In this document: positions 24,802 to 37,755 of the stretch, piece by piece
Layout of the letters: every line of letters starts with the position of its first letter
Position numbering within the stretch: position 1 is the first letter of the stretch
From: Camelus dromedarius
Lineage: Eukaryota
Reading direction: 5' to 3'
NCBI RefSeq assembly: GCF_036321535.1
Contig: NC_087450.1
Coordinates: 47,616,001 to 47,680,000, forward strand
DNA length: 64,000 nucleotides
Made by a program: the position numbers and the translations under genes
The notes under the pieces: generated by a model
The model's input: the letters and a program-made list of their open reading frames with translations, nothing else
Databases searched by the model: none
Told to the model about the DNA's origin: nothing

Positions 24802-25699
24802 TCTGGTCTTAATGGCAAGATTTTACCATGGTATATAGGTGGCTGTATGTTCTATCTTAGCCAGATTTAGTAGTAAGCATTCAATTCATCTCAATCATCT
24901 CATCTTGTCCTGAGTCTTTGCTCACCATTTCACTTTCCATGTAGATCTACCTATTGATTTTGGGGTCAGACCTCATGCCAATGATTTCTCCTTGTAAATT
25001 AGCACATTGACATCTGAACTTTACAACTTAGTTATGTGGACTATATACCCACTCTCCACATGTTGACAAACTGGGGTTTTTGAGCCTGCAAGGCAGAAGG
25101 TTTGCCCCTGGATCATGGTGATACCTGAAATACTGAAGGCCATTATGAAACCTCTTGGCTACTCACCAGCATTTGCCAGACACACACACACTGCACTGCT
25201 GGGTGCCTAATGGGAGCCTTTTTCATAAGTCTCATCAAAGCACTGCCTCAGTGTCTGGAGCCCTCCTATTTAAGACAGCCCTATAATTTCATCCTATAAT
25301 TCCCACTGCAAAGTTCCAGCTGGGCTCAGCTACTCAAAGAGACCCATAAAAGTGACCTTTTGATGACAGCTACACAGTACCTGTGCAGGTGTCCAGGGAG
25401 CAGATGATCTGAAACAGAGGTCTCCAGACAAGGGAAATTTGTGCCCCATGGTTCACAATGGCACATACAGGCATGAGTGGATTTAAGGGGTTCATTTTTT
25501 CCAGATCCTCAACTTCCATACACACTTTCCTAAATTTACCTGCTATGATTGAGAATTAATGCTAGTTCTTCTTCTCCACCTCCCCTCCCCAACTGCCTAA
25601 TAAACTTTCTACAAAAGAAAGTCCTACTGTCATCCAGCCCCAGCTTTCTGTGATGCTTGGCTTGGAGTATAAGAACTGCAGAGTGCCAAAGGAAAGGAA

Positions 25700-27150
25700 A
25701 TTTCTAAATATTCTCAAATTTAATGACCTCTTCCATCCTCTATTGTCAAAAATACATCATATGAGAAGAGTTCCATGAAAATAAAGCAAAAAGAGTATCA
25801 CTGAGAAATAGTGAAAATCTTTGTATCTTAATTCCTTAGGAGAGGAAGACTCCATGTCTTCTCTATGTCCCTTAAAATTCAGAAGCAAAACAGCTGTCAT
25901 GAGGACATGAATTAACACGATTACTTGAAAAATGAGAAACTTTTTCTAACAGAAAGTAATTTGATTTGGCTGATTAGTTTAACAATGATGGCCGGCTTTG
26001 CCACTGATATTTTTCATAAGTGGGTTAAGTCTACAGCTCCAAGATGTTAATAAAAATATACCTACAGCACATGATACAGTAAAAGGATATAGTCAAAAAA
26101 CTGTCTTAGCAAAAGTGTATTGGGATTAACATTTTTCCTTTCCATATCCTCCTGAGTATATCAATTTAAACAAGGTGCCTCTAAGTGAAAAAGCAGCAGA
26201 TATAATTAATAATCACTTGATAAATCTTTGCAAACCTTTGTTGGTATAACCCCAGAAACTGAGAACTGGAATGACACTTATTATTGGATAACTAATCCTT
26301 TACAGGTTGAGTGGTTTCCAAATCTTTGCTTTCAACACAATTAAGTTGCCAACTAATAGATCACTGAAAATAATTTTTGATGATAGATCATTATATGGTT
26401 TCTATCATATAACTCAAAGGTATTCAAACAACTGGCTGACATTCCTATAATGAAATCTCTTTTTTCCCATCTTATTTATGCAAATTAAGTTTCTCACAGC
26501 TTGTCCATAAAAATGAAAAATAGAGATTAATGTTGAGCCCAGTTTCATCCTAGCAATAATTAACACTCATTCACAGATATAGTAATTATTTGGAAAAATT
26601 CAGGCCCACCAATGGTCCAATAAAATTTTACTTTTTATGTTCTATAATTATTAATAGTTAAAATAATACTTTAAATAACATTAAAATCATTCAAAATAAT
26701 GTTTTTGATCAATTATTCATTAATATTATAATGATAATTAAATCCAGAAGTCTAACACTTATAGCCCTATGGTCACAGAAAGTAAATTCTTACATTAATG
26801 TCAGGTTACATATATTTATTTGCTGCAAATGAGAATGATCAATAAAGCATAAAATATAGCAGGATATAATTCTTATATAAAATGAAGATATAAGTATTAG
26901 AATAAAAATGAAATTTTAAAACAGCTGTTAAAGAATAAATTGGGTAGTTTTTAGTGGATGATTATATTAACAAATTGCTCTTAAATCTGTATTCCACTTG
27001 ATACATTTAAAAGCCTGACAAAAGAGTTTTTAACGTCAGTATTTATGACCAGAAGTCATATCTTTTGCACTACTTAAATTTAAGATGAAATATTTTAGAT
27101 ATCAATTTGAATATTTAAGAAAGGACACATAGTTTTTGAAAATGCTTTTT
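25700..27150 (+). mobile_element. Highly decayed hAT-Charlie transposon fossil
   Basis: Remnants of transposase C-terminal motifs (ttcccatcttatttatgc…tttctcacagc…aaaaatagagattaatgttgagcccagtttcatcctagc). Subfamily uncertain. Confidence 0.55.
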
Positions 27151-28599
27151 GTCTGTTTGAGAATAAAAAAGTGTGAAGACCACTGCTTGGAATAAGAAAT
27201 GTCTTGGGCCCTGGGCCATATGGATGGCTGCCCAGGAAAATGGCCAGGGCAGGTAACCAAAGAGGCAGCTCCACTAAGCTTACTCCAAGCCTTTCCCTCT
27301 CCTAGAGACTTCCTGAGTCCCTACTCCTGGGATCTGCCCCACCATTCTCAGGGTGGGGTGCTCATGGAGAGAGAGGAGGAAGAGCCCAGAGAAAGTCCTG
27401 CAAGCACAGACTGGCATGGTACCCAGAAGTGAACTGGCCCAGCTCCTCCAGGGAGTGTCAGCCCTTACACAGTTTCAGAACCATGAGTTATCACTGAGCT
27501 GCCGGGCTGCCCAAGTTTGGGCTTGAGTTACCAGAGAAGCTGCTGTTTTAAGGTAACTCAGCAGAACTGCACAGGACCCTTTAGAGGTACTAGGAGCCCA
27601 CTGGACATCTGGCAGAGATTACTCCCCACTCCCATTTAATTTTCAGGATAAGCAGCAGCTGTGCCCTTACAACATTTGAGTTTCTGGGACACATGCTTCC
27701 ACCCCATGCCAGCACAGATCTTGCTTGTCCTGCTTAAACATGATCCTTTGAGGAGACGCTTAAGAGGCCAGAGATGTGGAGGACTGCGTAATATTGCCAT
27801 TGCAACCAGTCATCTGAAAATCACCACCCAATCCCAAAATTTATATTTTGACCAAAACAAAGGGGTTGGGGCAGGGGATGTTTGTGGGGCTTCCAGCAGA
27901 CCTCTTTGCTGATCCTTTGGGAAGTCCACGCACCCAGAGATGGAGAAAGTGTGTGTTGCACCAAGGGAAACCTCATAAGTTCCTCTACAACTTTGTAGCA
28001 ATACCTTCTTCTCCCTCCTGTTTGGCCCAGCTATTTCCATGTCCTTCCTTCCCTCCACTTGTCCTTTTTCCTTCCCCTTCAATGAAGCCTTCAGGTGAAA
28101 GTGCTGATGAGACAGCCTGACTCGAGTCCTGGGTTCCAGCAACTGCTCTGTACTGACAAGCTCTGTGACCCTAGAAGGCATTTACCCCTCTGACTCTCAG
28201 TTTCCCCATCTGAAAACAGACCTCATAACTTGCCTCTTTGGGAAGCTGCAAGCCTCCAGTGAGCACAGCCACATCCATGTATTGTGACCTGTCCCCCAGC
28301 TCTGATAGGAGCTCTACCCTATCAGACACCCTCAGCCTGGAGGGCTATTGTGGGGTCCCTTGGGCTCCCTCAACTTCTTCATCCTCCACCCACAGCCTGT
28401 ACTGCCTCTTCTCTGCCCACCACAGGCTGGCAAGGGCTGATGCTTTCTCCTCCAATTTGTTGATCTTAGAGTTGTAGTGACAGATTTCCTAATACTGATT
28501 TTATATGTATACTCATATAGTACATTACTTTTGATAAATTGCTAAATTCCATTTGCTAATTTTTAAAAGAAATTTTTGTCTTTATTAATCAACCTTTGC

Positions 28600-28920
28600 T
28601 ACAAAAATAAACTACTTCAAAATCTTAACAGTTTATAACAACAACTGTTTATTTCTTGCTCGCTTACGGCTATGCAGGGCCCTGCTGGGCTCTCCTGGGC
28701 TTAGTCCCAGACAGTAGTTTGGGTTCAGGTCTGCTCTGTACGTTTCGTCATCCTGAGACAAGCTGAAGGACACCACCTGTGGACGGTAGGAGGCCAAGAA
28801 GGCTGACGGAAAATGACCATGTCCTTGTCACTTGTGCCCCATCCCACTGGCCAAAGCAAGTCACAGGGCCAAGCACATCAATGGGGTGAGGGGAAAACAC
28901 ACCTCCCATTGGGAGAAGTA
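28600..28920 (-). mobile_element. MLT1 (MaLR) LTR remnant
   Basis: cccactggccaaagcaagtcacagggccaagc and aacaactgtttatttcttgctc motifs. Confidence 0.6.
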
Positions 28921-30456
28921 ATTTTGCTGGAAAATCCTCCATTTTCTCTAGGGTTGAAGATTTGTTGCCATAAAGTTATGTGTAATTTGAATTTATTCTT
29001 CTTTAAACTACTCCTGTATCTGTAGTTATATCTCCTTTCTCATTCCAAATCTTTCATACTTTCTCTCTTATTCCCTGAATCCAACTCACAATAGAGTTCA
29101 TCTGTTATTGGTTTTTATAAAGAATTAGCCTCTGGATTTATTTATCTTGACTATCGTTTTGTTTATTTGTTTTCTATTTTACTTATGTCAGCTCTTATTT
29201 TCATTCTTTTTTTCAGTTTATTTTTGTTTATTTTGTGTTACTTTGCTAACTTAAGAATATCTAGTTTCTTCATTTTTCATGTTTCTTCTTTAATATTGAG
29301 CACATTTCAAACATATTTAAGATTATTCTCCTTTGGTTTATTTCTACATAGTTTGTAATTCTCCCTCACCTCCTTTTAATTTCCCTTGTAGTACCCACTT
29401 TGATCCAAAGGTTATCTTAGGATGTGTTTCTTCCAAATACTTAAGGGATTTCTGAGGTGGTCAAAGTATCCTCTTTTTATCATTTATTCCTAATTTTATC
29501 AACATATGATTGAGAAAATAAGGCCTGTAAAATTCTTGCTTTCTAAAATTTGTTAAGGTTTTTCTTTGGTGACAAGTACTTAATTAATTTTATAAATGTT
29601 CGATGGACCTAAAATAGACATACTCTATTTGCAAGGTTTATTAAATCAAGTTTACTGATTGCACTACCCAATTCTTCTGTGTCATTGATTTTTTTCTATT
29701 ATATCACTCAAATTCTGAAAGGGATTTACTAAATTCTTCCACTATGATTACACTTCTGTCCATTTATCTTTGAATTTCTAATTTAGCTTTATTGTTTTAT
29801 GCATTCAGGCTCATAATTTTTATATCTTCCTTACAGATCTTACCTTTTTAAAGTCATCTGGCAATCTCTGACTCATAATAGGAGAATTTATCTGTTTAAA
29901 TTTATTGTAATGATTGCTATGCTTTTGATTTTATTTTTCATTTTATTATTAAACATTTTTCTCTTTTTCCTTTTATTTCCTTTGCCAGCTTTATTAAGTG
30001 GCTACCATTTCCACTTCCCCACCTTGATAATTTGGATGTTCTCTTGTTCATTTCCCAACTTTCATAATCAGATACATTTCTCCTAAATATAACTTATTTT
30101 CCCTTAAGATTGTATCCCCTCCTCCCTTGGAAGTGTTCCCCACCAAGGCATTCACCAGTGAGGTAAGATCGTTAGCATCTTTCAACTTCGAGTTTTGCAG
30201 AGACATTTTAGTACAGTGAGTGCTTGATTATTATTTAGAACTGCCCTCACAGTAATTTCTTACATTTTAAAAGTTCTTATTTAGCATTCATATATACTCC
30301 CCATCCACCCTTATCCACTATGAATTTTAATCTAATCAGTTTAATTCTATATATTTTGCAAAGTTTGTTGTTTACAACTGTTTCTTCTCCATCTGCTGTT
30401 ATTTGGTTAGAGCCTTGACTCAAGTATTGACAGGTGGATCCGGGTGATGTGTTTCT

Positions 30457-30592
30457 CTTTTTTTTTTTTTTTTTTTTTTGACAGTCAAATGTGCTTACAC
30501 TTATAAATAGTAAGTACTCCATTTGTGTCCCTTTTTTTAGATTCCACAAATAAGTGATATCATATGGCGTTTTTCTTTCTCTTTCTGGCTCT
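30457..30592 (-). mobile_element. Short chimeric retro-insertion: L1 3' fragment, about 40 nt non-L1 sequence, A22, with 15-nt TSD
   Basis: gggtgatgtgtttct at 30442-30456 and 30593-30607; T22 at 30458-30479. Confidence 0.8.
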
Positions 30593-30861
30593 GGGTGATG
30601 TGTTTCTGAACTCTTGCATATTCTCAAATATATATGTATTTTAGCCCTGACAAATTGAAAAAAATACCTGACTTAGCTGGATACAGGATTATTGGGTTGC
30701 AGTCCTTTCCCTCTGGTCAGTAGATGGTAAGTCTACTCTTCTAGCTTCCAGATTGCAGATGGAAACCTGATGCCATTTTGATTTCTTAATCTTTTGTACG
30801 CAACTTATTCTTTTTACTTGGAAATCTATAGAACTAAGAATTTCACAGCATATAGCCATAG

Positions 30862-31015
30862 GTTTCTGTTTTGCTTTGTTTTGTTGTTGTTTTGTTTTGG
30901 GGGTAAGGTAATCAGGTTTATTCATTTATTTATTTAATGGAGATACTGGAGATTGAACCCAGGACCTCATGCATGCTAGGCAAGTGCTCTACCACTGAGC
31001 TATACCTCAATCTCC
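30862..31015 (-). mobile_element. tRNA-Ala-derived SINE (vic-1 type)
   Basis: Reverse complement gtatagctcagtggtagagcacttgcctagcatgcatgaggtcctgggttcaatctcc with the family tail. Confidence 0.85.
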
Positions 31016-31179
31016 TGAATTTTACAAAATACAGATATGTGGTTTTTTTCAGTCAACCCATCCTTTAAATCCACGAACCATTTCAATTTGTAGAATCTGC
31101 TACAGTTTAGGCAATTTTTATTTTATCACTTGTTTAACTATTGTGTCATCTTCATCCATTTCTCCTCCTTTCTTTTTAA

Positions 31180-31390
31180 AAAAATTTCTTTATTTATTTT
31201 ATTTATTGAAGTGTAGTCAGTTTACAATGTTGTGGCAATTTCAGGTGTATAGCATACTGTTTCAGTCATACATATAGATACATATATAATATACATACAT
31301 ATATTTCATATATAGGTTACTACAAGGTATTGAATATAATTCCCTGTGCTATACAGAAGAAACCTGTTTATCTATTTTATATATAGTGTC
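31180..31390 (-). mobile_element. L1 3' end fragment
   Basis: tttattgaagtgtagtcagtttacaatgttgtg…ccctgtgctatacag, the reverse of the L1 terminus also seen at 460-646. Confidence 0.8.
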
Positions 31391-32869
31391 CTCCTCTTTC
31401 TAAAACTCCTGTTATTTTCATGGTGAGGTCTCCAGAATTTATTCTCCAAATCTCTTACCCTTTTATGAATGCTCATCTCTTTAGGGTTTTGCTGTGTTGC
31501 CTGACATATCTTGTGACCTTAATCTTCTAAACCACTAATTCAGGTCTCAATAATGACCATCCCCTTCAAAACATCATTTACTGAATTGTTTAATTGGGAA
31601 ATCTTTTTTTTTTAATTCTAGAAATATTTTTGTAGTACTCCTGAATCTTTTCAACTGTTTTTTAAATTCAAGTTTTCATTTGTTTCCTGTAGCTGCTCTA
31701 TTTTGCTGGGCATATATTTCATTCATTCTGACAGATCTTGACTGGCTGCTGGCTCCCATTAAATTATTTTTTGATTGTTGGAACAGCCTAAATTACTATG
31801 GCAGACCAATGAAAGGGGAAGTGGTCTCTATCTTTGTAGGCTGGGGGTATATAAGATGGCAAGAAGACTCCTTGTTTTTTTGACACCCCTGTACTTGACC
31901 ACTCTCAGGAGCAAGGAGGACTCCGCCCATCTATGAAGCTCCATCTGAGTCCCTTGTGGGCTAGAGACTTGGCAAACACTCTTATGAAATATTCACTTTC
32001 CTATAAATCTCTATAAGTCAAGCTTTTTCCCAGGGTCCATTGTTTTCCATTGCTTATCAGAAAACTCTGATATTATTCTTCAGATTTGGTTCTTACCTAA
32101 ACCAAAGGGGTGAGGGTGAGGGAGAGAAAATGCCTTCTGGAGAATCCTCAGAGGAGATGCATAAGCAGGGCCCTGAAAGATGAGCAGGTTTTTTCTGGAG
32201 AAGAGAGACAGAATATGACTTTAAGTGCCAGGCTACCAAGTTTGGATTTTATTCTTTAATCACCAGGGAGCCAACAGCAGAGGTTTCCTGCCCTCCCTGT
32301 GACATGGTCCTTCTGAGAATTAGAGCCTATCCATGAAAGCAGCAAGAAATATTCACCACACAGTTTCCAGAAAAGGCCTCACAAGGACTTTCTCTCTGAG
32401 TACATTGTTTGGCTTCTGTCCCTTTTTTTTGTAATAATGGCTTTGACACAGATGGCAGGAGGAGGGATAGTAGCTGACAAGCATTTTTGGAAAATGGGCC
32501 TTATAAAAACAGATAATTTGGGTAACCTTCTTGTAAGAGGTGTGCTCAGCAGAGGGAAGTAAATAAAGAGAGTGGAGGTTTTGTAATTGATAGGAGAAAC
32601 TGTTGCCCTGGGCAGCCTTTCTTTCTATTATAGAGCCCTATACAGAGACCAGGATATTTGAGTTTGATTCCTGGCTCTGATAACTCACCAGTGATGTACC
32701 CTTTGAAACCAAATTAATCTTTCTAATTCTCAGTTCCTTTTTAGTAAAGTATTATGATGATCAAATAAAAGAAGGCATGTGAAGAGGTGGTAAAATTATG
32801 TCGCTGCAACAAAAAGAAAAAGTTACCTATTTTTGTGCAGGTGCACATACATGTATAATTCTTCTAATG

Positions 32870-33084
32870 CAGTGGTTTTTAACCAGGAGCAATTTTGCCC
32901 CCCCACCCCCACCCCAGGAATATCTGGCAATGTCTGGAGATGTTTTTTATTGTTACATTTTATTGTTGGTATCTATTGTTGGACCAGGGATGCTGCTAAA
33001 CGTCCCACACTGCACAAGCCAGTCTTTCACAACAAAGAATTATTTAGTCCAAAATGTCAATAGTGGCGAGATTGAGAAACCCTG
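32870..33084 (+). mobile_element. MER20 hAT MITE upstream of TP53I3
   Basis: cagtggtttttaacc … gggatgctgctaaac … ttgagaaaccctg, near full length with TIRs. Confidence 0.85.
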
Positions 33085-33579
33085 ATGCAGCCTATTTATC
33101 CAGCTTTTAACCAGGCTAAATTGCCTCATTGGTCAGCATCTTCCAGGGGCTGCTCCTTTAAGCCTCAGGAAAGACAAGAGGAAGAGCACAAGTGACAAGA
33201 ATTCCAGGACGTCTTTACTTTCTCTTTTCCCCTAAGGCTCCTCTCTTATCTCAGCAGCACCGTTTGCCCTTTCTACTCGAGACACCTGCCCAGAGGAAGG
33301 GTAGGAAGCCAGACCTACAGCGTAAATGGGCTAAAAGCCTGACCTATTGGGGAAATGGATTGCAAAGTTTCCATCTAGTTGCCTAGAGAGGGAAGTTTTC
33401 TCAAAGCAAGCGCATAAACAGCATTTTATACCAAACCAAGAGGAAAACTAGATTTCAGAAGCTCAAAGGAAAAGAAAATCTGATTGGCTGTCACTAGTTT
33501 TTTTTTTTTTTTTCAAACCAACTTTGCATTTTAAATAAGGAAGGAGAAGGAAGAAGGGGAGGGTTGGTTCTGGTCAGCC

Positions 33580-33980
33580 ACACCCCTCGCACTGCTGGGA
33601 GTCCAGCCGTCCATTGTAGTCGTGGCGGAGGCAGCGCTACGGCTCCGGGATTCTGCTCCGAAGACCGGCAGGGAGAGGAGGACCGCGCGGTATCGCCTGG
33701 AGCAGCGGACGGGGCCAGCCCGGAGCAAGTAAGTAACTCTTACGGGCTCCAGAGACGCGGGCGGGCGGGGTACCCCAAGTAAGAGGGAGTGAAAGTTGCT
33801 TTACGCTCTTCAGTGTTTTCCTGCTCCAACGCATCCAACCCACACGGCCATCCTCACTGCACCCGGTCCCAGTCTGTGTTCTCCATGTGGGGTCCACCTG
33901 GAGGCAGCAGGGGGCGCTGCGCCCCTCAAAGAACCTCGGGCTCCTCACCCTTGTTTGACCCTGTGTCCTCAGAGACCATG
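33580..33980 (+). promoter_or_regulatory. TP53I3: TP53I3 CpG-rich promoter, 5'UTR exon (donor at 33729) and short first intron
   Basis: CpG-rich. Strong donor GCAA|gtaagt at 33728/33729 and acceptor 5 nt before the ATG. Confidence 0.7.
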
Positions 33981-34115
33981 TTAGCAGTGTACTTTGACAA
34001 GCCTGGAGGACCAGAAAACCTTTACTTGAAGGAAGTGGCCAAGCCAAGCGCAGGGGAAAGTGAAGTCCTCCTGAAGGTGGCAGCCAGCGCCCTGAACCGG
34101 GCGGACTTACTCCAG
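33978..34115 (+). CDS. TP53I3: TP53I3 coding exon 1
   Basis: Acceptor gtcctcag at 33972, ATG at 33978. [15 protein letters not shown]...NRADLLQ|gtaca. Confidence 0.95.
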
Positions 34116-34429
34116 GTACACAAGGGTCAGGCGGCGGCTGAGACTGGGCGGGACCCTAGGGTTGTCAGTAAACATTCACCAGACAGATGAAGGAAAGACT
34201 TAGGGCACTACCGTTAACACTCATTATGGTGTGTGTGCTGGGGGTTCTGAAACTAGAACCATTTAGCATCCGTTGTTTATACAAAATGTAGGGGTTTTGC
34301 AAAGCAGAGTCCACCCTGTGTCAATCCATTGTCTGCTCAGCCTTCCAGGTAAGGAGACTGGAACTACCATTTGTTGAGGAGGGCGGTGTGTGACAGGCCC
34401 TGATCTATCTCCTTAACTCCTCAGACGTC

Positions 34430-34560
34430 CCTGTTCACCATTTGTATTCTACAGATAAAGAAACAGGGTCCCAGAAGTTCAGTAATGAGCCCAAGGCCAC
34501 AACACTAGGAACCAGGGGAGCCGTGATTCAAACTGAGTCTTTGTCTTAAGCTTCCAAAGT
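34430..34560 (-). mobile_element. MIR remnant
   Basis: ctacagataaagaaacagggtcccagaagt...cccaaggccacaac...attcaaactgag. Confidence 0.6.
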
Positions 34561-35211
34561 CTGTATTCTTTCTACTCTGAGAGTCCTGGAGCTGGCAGGG
34601 GGGCAGTATTCCTAAGAATTTTCTTCCAGCTTCTATTTGAAGCACTAAACTGGGCCAGCTGCATTTTTTGAAGTAATTGAGACAGGTACACCAGAATCAC
34701 AGAGGGGCACTTATTCAAAATAAACAGGACCGGGACCCAGGGATGTGTACTTTGAAAAAGCTCCTCAAACGGTTTTGATGCACACTCCTAGTTGAGTCCC
34801 TCTGGTCTCAAGCCACTGGTTGGAGGCTTCTGAGGATTGTGATGAGTGAGCACAGTGCCTAGCATTTGATATATGATAATCATTAAGAAGTACATGGTTT
34901 TGTTCCTGCTACTAATTTGCTTTGCCACCTTGGACAAGGCATTTCCCAGCCTAGACCTCCATTTATTCATTTGTAAAACAAGGGGTTTAGATGAGAGAAA
35001 TAGCTAAGGACTCTACCAGTTAGACATCCACTGATTATGTGACCTACAGTCTCTTATTTGCATGAAACAAATTACCTCATCTCTTTTTTCCTGACTTAAA
35101 AAAACCTACCTTTATCCTGAATTTTGTCTTGAAACAAAGGGCTCTGGGAAGAGAGCCAGGGATGGTGACACAGACTTCTGATCATGCTCACTGCTTAATG
35201 CATCTCTGCAG

Positions 35212-35479
35212 AGAGAAGGCCAGTATCCCCCGCCCCCAGGAGCCAGCAACATTTTGGGACTTGAGGCATCTGGACACGTGGCAGAGCTAGGGCCTGGCTG
35301 CCAGGGACACTGGAAGATCGGGGACCCAGCCATGGTTCTGCTGCCTGGCGGGGGCCAGGCTCAGTTTGTCACTGTCCCTGAAGGGCTCCTCATGCCCATC
35401 CCTGCAGGACTGACTATGCTCCAGGCTGCAGCCATCCCAGAGGCCTGGCTCACTGCCTTCCAGCTATTACATCTCTTGG
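35212..35479 (+). CDS. TP53I3: TP53I3 coding exon 2
   Basis: ctctgcag|AGA ... TTG G|gtaag, 268 nt. [21 protein letters not shown]...FQLLHLL. Confidence 0.95.
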
Positions 35480-36664
35480 GTAAGGACCCCACCCCCACCC
35501 CATGCTCACTCCATACAGCGTAGTCCAATTTCTTTATGACTCAGCCACCTCAAAACCCAGCAGTCCTGCAGGGCAGCTTTAGCTGGCCACTGAGCCACAC
35601 CCAATCCCAGCACCTCACCCTACTGTAACTCCAGTAGCATGAGGCCCTCATACTATGTAGCAATGGCTTGATGTTGAGGCTGAAAATCATGATTGGCAGA
35701 AAGAAGACCTGGAAAGCACTAGATAAAAAGCCTGTGAGCATCTTCACACTGTAAGCCCAGCAGTAGTTTCAGATTCTCAAAGTCATGCTGAGCTTCTCTC
35801 TGGGTGCCCTAGTGCAGTAGAAGGAGCCACTTAATCAACTCTTTAATTCCTCCCCAGTCCCACTGAGGTCAACCAAGAGTTCACGTGAGGGTCCCTGCCT
35901 TTAGGGAATTCAAGTGTAACTGGGAATAGACAACCAGAGTTCTGAAAGGTGGCCCTGTCTCTAACGCAACAGAACCTCAAGATGGGAAAAGTCGGTGTGG
36001 GCAAAGGTAGTCAGAGAAAACTTTCTGGAAGAGAAGGCCTTGAAGGGTGGTAGAGATGGACAGAAGGCAAGCCAAGGTGGCCTAAGAGTGTCAAAATGAG
36101 ATTAGCTGCTTCACTAAGAAGTGAAGGATGACAATTATAATTTGTGAAAGATAAGGCTGGGACTAGATTGTGGTGGCCTTGAATGGCAGGCTATCTGGCA
36201 GGCTATCTGGACTTGACACAAAAGCCAATCAAGAACCACTTTACATTTTGAGGAGAAAGTGACATAATGGAAGCTCCATTTCAGGACAAGCCTGTGCTGT
36301 GCCTGGATTTGTGAGATCAGTTGGAGGCCCATTTCAGAGTGAAGAGGGGCTGGCTTCAGGTGGTAACAGTGGGAGCAATGGTTATTCTTACTCATTCAGG
36401 CATAGATTGGAGATATGTTTGATATTATTTCAAAGGTAAAACAGATTATGGATGTGGCTGCTAATAACTCTGTTTCAAAAAGTTGTTTCCCACTTGGACC
36501 AGAGGCAATAAGATGAAAAGAACTGTCAATATGTTCTCATAAGACAGCAAGAGATTTGACATTTGGTGGTCCGAGGGCCAGGTGATCATAGTAGAACAAG
36601 CCTGTGTGGAAAATGTGTAGCAGTTGCAAAGTCAAGTGAATGGTTCCTGTACTTTCTGTCATAG

Positions 36665-36877
36665 GAAATGTTCAGGCTGGAGACTCTGTGCTAATCCATG
36701 CAGGATTAAGTGGTGTGGGCACAGCTGCCATCCAACTTGCCCGGATGGCAGGAGCTATTCCTCTGGTCACAGCTGGCTCCCAGCACAAGCTTCAAATGGC
36801 AGAAAAGCTCGGAGCAGTTGCTGGATTCAATTACAAAGAAGAGGATTTTTCTGAAGCAGCACTGAAATTCACCAAAG
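36665..36877 (+). CDS. TP53I3: TP53I3 coding exon 3
   Basis: gtcatag|GA ... AAA G|gtaaac, 213 nt. [19 protein letters not shown]...LKFTK. Confidence 0.95.
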
Positions 36878-37755
36878 GTAAACAAACCTTCTGCGGTTCA
36901 ACAGGAGTTTCAGAGTTGATTCAATAAAACCCTCACTAGCCGCAAAGTTGCCTCTGGATCCGTCTTCCCTCTGCTAAAAGCACAACAGCTGCTCAGGCCA
37001 AATTCCAGTCCTCTGGTGTTTGACCACTGAAGATAGGCAAACAGTATTTAGGACTAAGATGGCTTCCCTGTGCATTCTTGTAAGTGATATGATTCATACA
37101 TGTTTTAGAAAGTGGATAATCACACAGTGTTGGCCTGGAATCATTGAGGACCTCTTCCCAACCAGCCACTCTGCAGTGAATTAACAGGAGGTGTGAGGCA
37201 GAGACTAGTTTGGAGCTGGTCATAGGAGCCTTGGGTAGGTAGTTCCCTAAATGGGTGAGTAGGCATGCATATCTCTGTATTCCAAAGCCAAATCTGTTAA
37301 CAATTTTTGGCTCATCCCTTCTCATTTTTTCCACGAGTTGAAAAGGAGAGATGAAAAAGCTAGCAAAGCCATGATTTAGACAACCTAGTGCAGATACTTC
37401 ATAACTTAGATATGAAGTAGCCTGCCCTGTAGCATGCAGTGGATCTCCCCTGTTCTCCTGAGTGACAGTGAGTTCTCTACTTACATGGAGGTCAGGGGAA
37501 ATATCACATCATGGTGTTGCCCCATTTCCCTCTTGCTATGGCAAGGATCACAAAAGATGAAATGTATCACACATGTATGACACAGTTCAGCTACCTAACC
37601 CCATTTGTAACCATGTTTCAAGTTCCACCTACAGATTTACTGCTTGCACTTGTATTTATTTATATGCATATATCTGCAAAAATACGATGGAATTCTTAGT
37701 TTGCACCAAGCTTTCTGTGTCTGACTAGCATCACAAAATCTGTTTCATGTGGAAG

